This document shows, one piece after another, positions 56,945 through 64,000 of a stretch of DNA of 64,000 nucleotides. The DNA lies in the NCBI GenBank assembly GCA_965215195.1, contig CBDCDC010000001.1, positions 832,001 to 896,000 of the forward strand. The letters run 5' to 3'. Made by a program: the position numbers and the translations under genes. The DNA comes from Candidatus Latescibacterota bacterium. GTDB lineage: Bacteria > Latescibacterota > UBA2968 > UBA8231. Within the stretch, counting starts at the first letter, position 1, and each line of letters begins with the position of its first letter. The notes beneath the pieces are model-generated. The model did not search any database, was not told the DNA's origin, and saw only the letters and a program-made list of their open reading frames with translations.

Positions 56945-57880
56945 TCATTCCTTCCACGCCTGAGCAAAAATGCCGAGTGAGCCGGGCGCGTATCCGGCGT
57001 AGTGGTTGTTAAAAAATACGTACACGGGCCGCTGCGGCGCGGCTTGCGCCAATTCCCGCACCTGCTGCGCCCACTGCTGAGTCTCGGCGGCGCGGTCCCA
57101 GACGAGGCGCTCCCAGTGCCGCTCCTGCTCGCCGCGGCGAATCCGCTCCTCGACGTAGGCATCCATTTTTTTGCGGTCGCCCAAAAAGCGCACGTAGAGA
57201 AAGTCGGCCGTTACGGGATTGACGCGCTTGAGGGTCTCCGCTAAGCCCGGCATGGTGTAGTAGTTGTTCAGCACCAGCGCCACTCGGTGTTCGCGCAGCA
57301 AGTCCAACAGTTCCGCCCGCAGCCAGGTCCCGTTGCGCACCTCCACTGCAAAGCGGAACTCGCCCGTAGGTAGCTGCGGCAAAAATGCCGCTAGGCGCTC
57401 GGTGAACGCGCTGCCGTACTCGTTTTCGTGCGCGTCCTGTCCCCGCGCAATGTATGGAAACTGCATCAGCAGCGGCCCCAACCGCTCGCCCAACGGAGCC
57501 ATTGCGTCGAGGAAGGCCTCCATCTCCCCCATGCAGTCCATGAGCATTTTCTCGTGGCTGATCGCGCGGGGAATTTTGGCGGTAAAGCGAAAGTGCGGCG
57601 GCGTCCGCCGCAGCCACCCCTCTATCGCCTTGGGCGTTGGCACCCGATACCAAGTTGAGTCGATCTCCACGCTCCTGAAGACTTTTGCATAGTGTTCGAT
57701 GTAATCGGCCGCAGCGCATCCCTCCGGGTAGATCAGCCCTTCCCAATCCGCATTCGACCAACTCGTCGTCCCCAAAAAAAGCTGTGCGGGCAGCCCCTCT
57801 TGCACCTGCTGCATCCGCTCGGTGTGCCGAGGCTTGGCCGGCGGCATGATCGCGGAAAAAAGGTCCTGTTGCTCTCCCAT
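56945..57880 (-). CDS. DUF72 domain protein
   Basis: GTTSWS..DW.G.IYP, VEIDSTWY, FTAKIP, LGPLLMQFP, VFFNNHY. Confidence 0.9.
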   Translation of the reverse strand: MGEQQDLFSAIMPPAKPRHTERMQQVQEGLPAQLFLGTTSWSNADWEGLIYPEGCAAADYIEHYAKVFRSVEIDSTWYRVPTPKAIEGWLRRTPPHFRFTAKIPRAISHEKMLMDCMGEMEAFLDAMAPLGERLGPLLMQFPYIARGQDAHENEYGSAFTERLAAFLPQLPTGEFRFAVEVRNGTWLRAELLDLLREHRVALVLNNYYTMPGLAETLKRVNPVTADFLYVRFLGDRKKMDAYVEERIRRGEQERHWERLVWDRAAETQQWAQQVRELAQAAPQRPVYVFFNNHYAGYAPGSLGIFAQAWKE

Positions 57881-57953
57881 GGTTCGCTCCACAAAAAAGA
57901 GGGCGCGGCATCCACCGCCCCCTCGCAATTACCGACGAATGTCCCTGTAGGCG

Positions 57954-59528
57954 CTACGTTTTTTCCCGCACCATCTTCACGACCTGCTCCCGCCCCACTA
58001 GCTGCACGAGCGACCCAAATCGCGGCCCTTGCTCCTGCCCCAGCACCACCTCGTAAAACATCCGAAACAGGGCCTTGGGGGGCACCCCGGCCTCGCGGGC
58101 CAAGTCGAACGGAATGGCCTGTAACTCCTCCTCGGTGGCTCCGTTGGTCGCGCTCAGCCGCTCGGCCAACTGCCCTAGGAGCGCCTGCTCCTCGTCCGTG
58201 GGCGGACGAAACTGCTTGGTGGGAAGCACCACGTCTCGGTAGTAGTTAAGCCCCTTCTCCACCAGTGCCTGCGTTACCTGCGGATAACTAGGAGCCTGCG
58301 CGTCGTAACGCGCCAGATAATCGCCCAATGCTGCGACCGAATCCACTCCGAGGGCTGTGATCAAATTGTTGACCGTCGAGAAGTTGATCCGGGACGCGTA
58401 CTCGGGCACGACCGCGCCGCGGTCGCCGATGTGCCACACGGCCTGCTCGGGGCGCTCGGCCTCTGCCACCTCGGGATAGCGCCGCAGCGCATCGAGATAG
58501 TCGTCAACGCACTTGGGGACGATATCCCAGTGCAGACGCTTGGCCCGCTTGGGATTTTGGAAGAGGAAAAAGAGCAGGGATTCTATCGGCGCGTACTCCT
58601 TCCACGCATCCACTGTCACCCCCATGCGGCCGGCGCTGCTGGCCAACCCGCGCCCTTCCGCGTCGAGAAAAAACTCGTAGCACAAGCCGACCGGCGGCTG
58701 CTTGCCCATCAGGCGCACGATGCGGGAGGACTGGCGCACCGAGTCGATGAGGTCTTTGCCGTACATTTCGTAATCGATCTCGTAGGCGTACCAGCGCAGG
58801 GCCCAATCGACTTTCCAGCCCACCTTGGCGTGGCCGCCGAGCACCGACTGCTCGCCGCTTGCGCCACACCCGGCGTAGGGGCCGGTATTGAGGTCGCAGG
58901 TGAAGCTCACGCGGCCTCGGCTGGGGTGGTAGGCGGTGACGCGCGTGGCCATGATTGAGCCACAGTTGGGACAAAGCGGAAAGAAGGGCGACCAGTGCTG
59001 GCGGTTTTGTTCCCGCAGCGTCGGCACGATGATTTGGCGAACTTCCTCGGCTTTGTCTAGGAGAATCGACAGCCCTTCGTCGAAATCGCCGCGCACGTAG
59101 GCTACACGCGAGCTTTGGAACTCGTAGTCAAAGCCAGAGGCGTCGAAAAACTCGCACAGCTTGGCGTTCATGTGGTCGCTGAAACTCGCACAGCAACCAA
59201 AGGGATCGGGGATGGCGTGTAGGGGTTTGCCGAGGTGGGCGGCGAGCATCTCGGGCTGCGGCAAGTTGCCGGGCACCTTGCGCAGGCCATCCATGTCGTC
59301 GCTGAAGCAGAGTAGGCGGGTCTTTAGTCCGTAGAGGTATTCGCAGGCGTTGCGCACCCAAGAGGTGCGGACGCCTTCTGAAAAGTGACCTAGATGGGGA
59401 AAGCCGCTGGGGCCAAAGCCGGTCTCAAACAGGACCGGGCGGTCCCCGCTAGGCCGGCGTCGCTTGACGATCTGCGCCGCCTCTTGGAAGGGCCAAGCCC
59501 GATGCGTACTGGTTTGGTTCCTCTCCAT
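57954..59528 (-). CDS. lysK: Class I lysyl-tRNA synthetase
   Basis: WPFQEA, ETGFGPSG.PHLG, DDMDGLRKVP, WKVDW..RW, EMYGKD, GPRFG. Confidence 0.92.
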   Translation of the reverse strand: MERNQTSTHRAWPFQEAAQIVKRRRPSGDRPVLFETGFGPSGFPHLGHFSEGVRTSWVRNACEYLYGLKTRLLCFSDDMDGLRKVPGNLPQPEMLAAHLGKPLHAIPDPFGCCASFSDHMNAKLCEFFDASGFDYEFQSSRVAYVRGDFDEGLSILLDKAEEVRQIIVPTLREQNRQHWSPFFPLCPNCGSIMATRVTAYHPSRGRVSFTCDLNTGPYAGCGASGEQSVLGGHAKVGWKVDWALRWYAYEIDYEMYGKDLIDSVRQSSRIVRLMGKQPPVGLCYEFFLDAEGRGLASSAGRMGVTVDAWKEYAPIESLLFFLFQNPKRAKRLHWDIVPKCVDDYLDALRRYPEVAEAERPEQAVWHIGDRGAVVPEYASRINFSTVNNLITALGVDSVAALGDYLARYDAQAPSYPQVTQALVEKGLNYYRDVVLPTKQFRPPTDEEQALLGQLAERLSATNGATEEELQAIPFDLAREAGVPPKALFRMFYEVVLGQEQGPRFGSLVQLVGREQVVKMVREKT

Positions 59529-59568
59529 GGACTTGGTCAGGCCGGCGCGTGGACGGCCTTGTGGCGTC

Positions 59569-59787
59569 TCAGCGATTGCGGAAAGTGATGCGTCCGCGGC
59601 TCAAATCATAGGGCGAAAGGGCCACGGTGACCTGGTCGCCCGGAAGCACGCGAATGTAGTACTTGCGCATCTTGCCGGAGATGTGGGCCATAATCTCGTG
59701 GCTGTTTTCCATCTCGCACTTAAAGTAGCCGTTGGGCAGGGCCTCTTTGACCACTGCTTGGACTTCGATTGCTTCTTCTTTGGCCAT
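59569..59787 (-). CDS. infA: Translation initiation factor IF-1
   Basis: MAKEEAIE...LPN...[27 protein letters not shown]. Confidence 0.98.
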   Translation of the reverse strand: MAKEEAIEVQAVVKEALPNGYFKCEMENSHEIMAHISGKMRKYYIRVLPGDQVTVALSPYDLSRGRITFRNR

Positions 59788-59855
59788 TGCTCTCGCCTAA
59801 AAAATAAGGATGGAACGGAAAAAGCCGCCGCTAACGCGGCTCGCAAAGAGCGCAA

Positions 59856-59884
59856 AGTGTACGCGTTAGCCGAGCAAAAGTCAA
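59856..59884 (-). promoter_or_regulatory. Putative sigma70 promoter of infA
   Basis: TTGACT-N17-TACACT. Confidence 0.6.
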
Positions 59885-59886
59885 AC

Positions 59887-60822
59887 TCACTCGATCAGGT
59901 AATTCACGTTGTACGAGGCGTGTTTGACTGCTTCGATCGTCGCTAGGTGGGGGGCTAGCTGCTGGACCTTGCCGTAGTATTGGACAGCTTCGGCAAAGCG
60001 CTCGGTTTTTTCGCAGATCACGCCGAGGTTGTGCAGGGCGGGGATGTGATCGCCGGTCAGCGCGATGACCTGCTTGAAGGCCGCTTCGGCCCCGGCGAGA
60101 TCGCCGCTGTCGAGGTGGGCGAGGCCCTTGGCGAAGAACATGCTTTCGTTGTCTTGCTCGTACTCGACGGCCTTAGCCAGCACGGCGAGTGCCAGCTCGG
60201 GCTGTTGGGCTTGCAGGCGCAACAGCCCGAGGCTGTAATAAGCGCGGGCCAGCGCGCGGCGCGCACCGCGATAATTGAAATCGACCTGCAACAAGGTCTC
60301 TAGGTGCTCAATGGACTTTTTGAAGTCGCCGACCTTGTGGTACGCCACGGCCATGTTGAAGCGGGCACCGACGTGATCGGGCTGGACCGCGATGACTTTT
60401 TCGAGGTATTCAAGGCCCTCGGCTTGGTGCTCGGTGCGGCAGAGCAAGGTCCCCAGCCCGGCCATGGCTTCGACCATCAGGGAATCGAGCCGCAGGGCCT
60501 CCTCGTAGTGGCGCTTGGCCTCGCGGTCGTATCCTTGGCCGTGGAGCATGACCGCGAGGTTGCAATGCGCCTCGGCGTAGTCGGGGTCGAGCTGCAAGGC
60601 CTCTTGCAGCAGCCTTTTGGCCTCGTACTTTTGCCCGTCGTCAAAGTACGCGTTGGCGAGGAGGACGCGCAGTTGCGGGTTGTAGGGTTCGATGGTGACC
60701 TTGGCGTTGAGGTAGCGGATCTTCTCTTTGGCCCAGAGGTTATAAGCCCGCTTGCCTTGGCGCTGGGCCTGGCCCTCGCTGCACGACAAGGCCAGCAATA
60801 GAAATGCGAGTACGGCCTTCAT
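59887..60822 (-). CDS. Secreted/lipoprotein TPR-repeat protein
   Basis: Signal peptide, repeated A..NL...Y..AL.LDP TPR units. Confidence 0.85.
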   Translation of the reverse strand: MKAVLAFLLLALSCSEGQAQRQGKRAYNLWAKEKIRYLNAKVTIEPYNPQLRVLLANAYFDDGQKYEAKRLLQEALQLDPDYAEAHCNLAVMLHGQGYDREAKRHYEEALRLDSLMVEAMAGLGTLLCRTEHQAEGLEYLEKVIAVQPDHVGARFNMAVAYHKVGDFKKSIEHLETLLQVDFNYRGARRALARAYYSLGLLRLQAQQPELALAVLAKAVEYEQDNESMFFAKGLAHLDSGDLAGAEAAFKQVIALTGDHIPALHNLGVICEKTERFAEAVQYYGKVQQLAPHLATIEAVKHASYNVNYLIE

Positions 60823-62108
60823 GGTTGGAACTTCTGAATCCGCTCGTTGAACGTATCGGCCACGTAAATGAACCCCGCGGCGTCGCGGGCAATGCCGCCG
60901 GCCACCACCTCGCGCTCGCCCTCTTCACCCGTGGCCATATCGACGACGACTTGGATGCGGCCGGCAAAGCGGAACTGATCGTCCCCCTCGCCCTCCTCGC
61001 CCCAGCGCGTCAGGTAGTGCCCCCGCTGGAACACCTCGATGCGGCTGTGGCCGGCATTGACCACGAAAGCGCGGTCGGCCGCTTCATCGACGGCAAAGTC
61101 GGTGGGCCGCAGCAAAAGCCCGTTGCCGCGGTCCTGATGCGATTTGGGATCGCGGCCAATGACGCGACTGGCCGCGGCGCGCTGCGGGTCGTCGTACACC
61201 ACTAGCCGAGGTGCCTGCCAGTCGCCGGCGCGCAGGGCCAACGGCTCGATCAGCGCGGCGAAACGCCCTTGCCAAAGCCGCAAGCTGGCCACCAGCAGGG
61301 CCGGGATGGCGTACTGGACTTGCTGCTCGCCAGCTAGGTCGAATAGCTGCAATTGGCTAATGCTCTCGATGTAGATGGCATCGCCGTCGACGACGATGTG
61401 GCGGGCGAACAGCCCGGATAGGGGGCGCGTCCACAGCAGCCGACCATCCGGGGCGAATTTCGCCCAAAAGGCCTCTGGCTTCTGGCGCGAGCGGTGCAGG
61501 TTGTACACCACGTAGAGGTGGTCGTCGTCGTCGAGGGCCAGTGCCGGACCGTCCAGTGCGCTCGTTTCCATGCAGGCCAGCGGCTCCGCGGTATAGACCC
61601 ATGCGCCCAAGGCGTGGCCCGTGCGGTCGAAGCGGTCGACGCGCCCCGCGCCCACACCGACGACAAAGACCGTGCCGTTGCGGCTGATGGCCAGCCGCGT
61701 GGGGGCCGTGCCCGCGGCCAGTGCCCAGCTTGCGACGCGGTGGTGGAACCCGCCCGCGGCCGTTGTGCTGACCAGCTCGTGGACGGTCTCGTCCTCGCCG
61801 AAGAAGCTGACGACCCGGTAGCTGTACTGCGCGTTGGCCAACAAGCCGGCGTCTGTAAAGGTGGTGTCGGCTGCGGATTCCACGCGCGCAATGGCTGCAA
61901 ATTCGCCGCCTGTGGTGCGCTGGATTTCGCCGTAGAGAAAGCCCGCTGAAGGCACCGGGTGCCAGACCAGATGCGCGGCAGCCTCCGCGCTAGAGAACGT
62001 CGCGGTGAGCACGGGGGGGGCCGCAAGCCAAGGCGGCACCTTTTTGCCGGCAAAGGGGCCGATGCAGGCGACGAGTGCGGCGGCGAGACAAAAGACGAGT
62101 CGGTTCAT
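60819..62108 (-). CDS. Lipoprotein with FN3-like domain and NHL-repeat propeller
   Basis: Start MNRLVF, lipobox LVAC, FTD.GL...YSYRV, IYVADTFNERIQKF. Confidence 0.75.
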   Translation of the reverse strand: MNRLVFCLAAALVACIGPFAGKKVPPWLAAPPVLTATFSSAEAAAHLVWHPVPSAGFLYGEIQRTTGGEFAAIARVESAADTTFTDAGLLANAQYSYRVVSFFGEDETVHELVSTTAAGGFHHRVASWALAAGTAPTRLAISRNGTVFVVGVGAGRVDRFDRTGHALGAWVYTAEPLACMETSALDGPALALDDDDHLYVVYNLHRSRQKPEAFWAKFAPDGRLLWTRPLSGLFARHIVVDGDAIYIESISQLQLFDLAGEQQVQYAIPALLVASLRLWQGRFAALIEPLALRAGDWQAPRLVVYDDPQRAAASRVIGRDPKSHQDRGNGLLLRPTDFAVDEAADRAFVVNAGHSRIEVFQRGHYLTRWGEEGEGDDQFRFAGRIQVVVDMATGEEGEREVVAGGIARDAAGFIYVADTFNERIQKFQP

Positions 62109-62157
62109 AGTGCAAAAGAGATAGGCCCGCCCTCTCGCACTGTCAAGGAACGCGGGG

Positions 62158-64000
62158 TCACCCCAAAATGAAGACGGCGTTGCCGACCTTGCCGGTGAAG
62201 TAGTCGATGACCAGCCACAACCCATTGCACAGGGCCTCGCCCATGATCAGCCCCATGAAAAAATGCTGGCTCGTCCGATAGTGCGCCGCCCCGCCAAAAC
62301 GCAGAATCAGCTTCTTGAGCACCCAAGCTAAGAGCACGCAAGACCAGATTTTGTTGATCATGAGGTTCGCGCCGATGGGAAAACCTATGGGGTGTAGGGG
62401 CCACCACAGAATGTACTGCCGCGCCCAAGTCAGCAGGACCATGGCCCCGGCACCACCGGCGAAAAAGGCTAGCCCCAGCCAATCGGCCCCGGCCGGTTCA
62501 AGGGTGCGCCGCGCCATGTCGTAGATGGTCGTCGGGCCGCCGCGAAAGCGCCAGCTATCGAGGTTGATGCCCCCGTACTTATAGGCCAGATGGAAAACCA
62601 TCCAACAGGAACCGGCTACCCCGATGAAGATCGCCGCCGCCGTGGCCCAGAAGACGACCCTTCTACTTTGGCGGTCCATATCCTGAATCAGCTTCAGACC
62701 ATTGGCCACCATCGCCAGTAGGAAGATGCGGATATCCGCCGACCAGATATAGGCAAAGGAAAGGTTGAAGACGCCCCCTGCCCCGACCCACTGCGAGCCG
62801 ATGCCTTGGACGATCAGGTCTGGAGCGATCATCGGCGAACGCACCGCTGCCATGCCCGCCTCGCACACCACCCGTGCGATGCCGATGAATATCAGCAGCG
62901 CCACCGCGACAAATAGCGCACTCAGCCAGAGTTTGGTGCCCATCAGCCAGAGCCAGCCGACCACGCCCGCCGTCCCCAGCACCGCCCCGACTACGGCCGC
63001 ACGGTAGGACATGATCTCGTCGCCGTCGTCTATACCGGCACCCCTGCCCAGCGCCTTGCGCCACACGTCCTGTAAGTGGCCCCGCCCGACCCACAACCCT
63101 AGGAGCACCATAGTGATCAATGCACCGCCGGCTTGGTAGGCCAAAAGTGGCTGGTCGGAGACCCCATAGACGAACTTGCTCGTCGAGCGCAGGCCGGATA
63201 AGGCCAGAAACTCAGCTTCGACCTTGGAGAGCAAGTAGAAAACCCAAATCCCGGCCGCTACTTGGGTGCTGATTAGATACGAGAAGCCGACCAGCGCAAA
63301 GCTGATCCATATTTGCACGGTCTGCTGACCGATAAACGGCAGCGACCAGATCAGGGGGATGCTAGGCAGCGACGGATTGTACTGATGCAGGGCCTTGAGG
63401 CTGCCGTAAGCCAGCGGCACGGCTGCGCCCCACCACAGGGCCTTGCGCTTGAGAAAACCGTTGACTAGCCCCTCGCCGCGCTCGCCTTGCACTATGGCCA
63501 CCCCGAGCTGGGTTAGCGGATAGGCCAGCCGCTCGCGCTCAACCCACTGCCGGCGCAAAATGACTGCGCTCGAAACCATGGCCACGTATAGCGCCAAGAG
63601 CAACACCGCCCACCAAGCCAGCGGTTCGACCCAGGCCGCGTAGGGAATGTCGGCGAGTGCGCCGCCCTCGTAAAAGCCGCGGTTGCCCGCGCCGTCATCG
63701 ACGAGGATGCGCTGCCGGGGAAAGAGCGGAAAGAGCTTTTCGGCCCATTGGTTGGCCGGGGAGGCGTAGTAGAAAATGCCGGTGAGGGCTGGCAAAAGCT
63801 GCTGTGTCAGCCCCATAGTGCAGAGGGCGGAGACGACCAGCAACATCACGTACACCAACACTAGCTCGGCGCGGTTGAGCGCGAGGGTGCCCCCGCGCTG
63901 CACCAGCGGCACGTTCCACAGCGCAGACAGGGCGAGGAAGGCCCCAAACCAAAAGCCAGGCGAGTACCAATCAACCGCGCCGCGGCTGGCCCAATAGCTG
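62158..64000 (-). CDS. DUF6785/DUF6784-type polytopic membrane protein (putative peptide transporter), 5' end probably outside the window
   Basis: RRQWVERERLAYPL, WWPLHPIGF, FFMGLIMGE, many transmembrane helices. Confidence 0.75.
   Translation of the reverse strand, partial: SYWASRGAVDWYSPGFWFGAFLALSALWNVPLVQRGGTLALNRAELVLVYVMLLVVSALCTMGLTQQLLPALTGIFYYASPANQWAEKLFPLFPRQRILVDDGAGNRGFYEGGALADIPYAAWVEPLAWWAVLLLALYVAMVSSAVILRRQWVERERLAYPLTQLGVAIVQGERGEGLVNGFLKRKALWWGAAVPLAYGSLKALHQYNPSLPSIPLIWSLPFIGQQTVQIWISFALVGFSYLISTQVAAGIWVFYLLSKVEAEFLALSGLRSTSKFVYGVSDQPLLAYQAGGALITMVLLGLWVGRGHLQDVWRKALGRGAGIDDGDEIMSYRAAVVGAVLGTAGVVGWLWLMGTKLWLSALFVAVALLIFIGIARVVCEAGMAAVRSPMIAPDLIVQGIGSQWVGAGGVFNLSFAYIWSADIRIFLLAMVANGLKLIQDMDRQSRRVVFWATAAAIFIGVAGSCWMVFHLAYKYGGINLDSWRFRGGPTTIYDMARRTLEPAGADWLGLAFFAGGAGAMVLLTWARQYILWWPLHPIGFPIGANLMINKIWSCVLLAWVLKKLILRFGGAAHYRTSQHFFMGLIMGEALCNGLWLVIDYFTGKVGNAVFILG

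Overview
GC-rich bacterial chromosome segment. The futalosine genes mqnB/mqnD, a class I LysRS, secreted proteins with FlgD-Ig or 'SWGxIK' tails and a DUF6785-type transporter suggest an FCB-group organism such as Latescibacterota/Gemmatimonadota (inference only). Most of the window is housekeeping and catabolic genes. The main accessory block is a defence island at about 6.7-21.7 kb. It is a type I R-M operon (hsdM-yhcG-hsdS...hsdR) whose HsdS carries two nearly identical target-recognition domains. The hsdS-hsdR gap holds AT-richer cargo: a 1520-aa Avs-like nuclease-STAND protein and a separately promoted four-gene unit (ABC/AAA ATPase, PD-(D/E)xK-like protein, coiled-coil/acidic protein, HEPN RNase) that I cannot match to a named system. 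Also present are an NspV-like type II R-M cassette flanked by gene remnants, two copies of a MITE (one with a second MITE nested inside, with a 9-bp target duplication), decayed toxin-antitoxin loci, an internalin-like LRR lipoprotein and a few pseudogene fragments. I recognised no CRISPR array, rRNA, tRNA, integrase or transposase. Family calls rest on motifs read by eye, not database searches.
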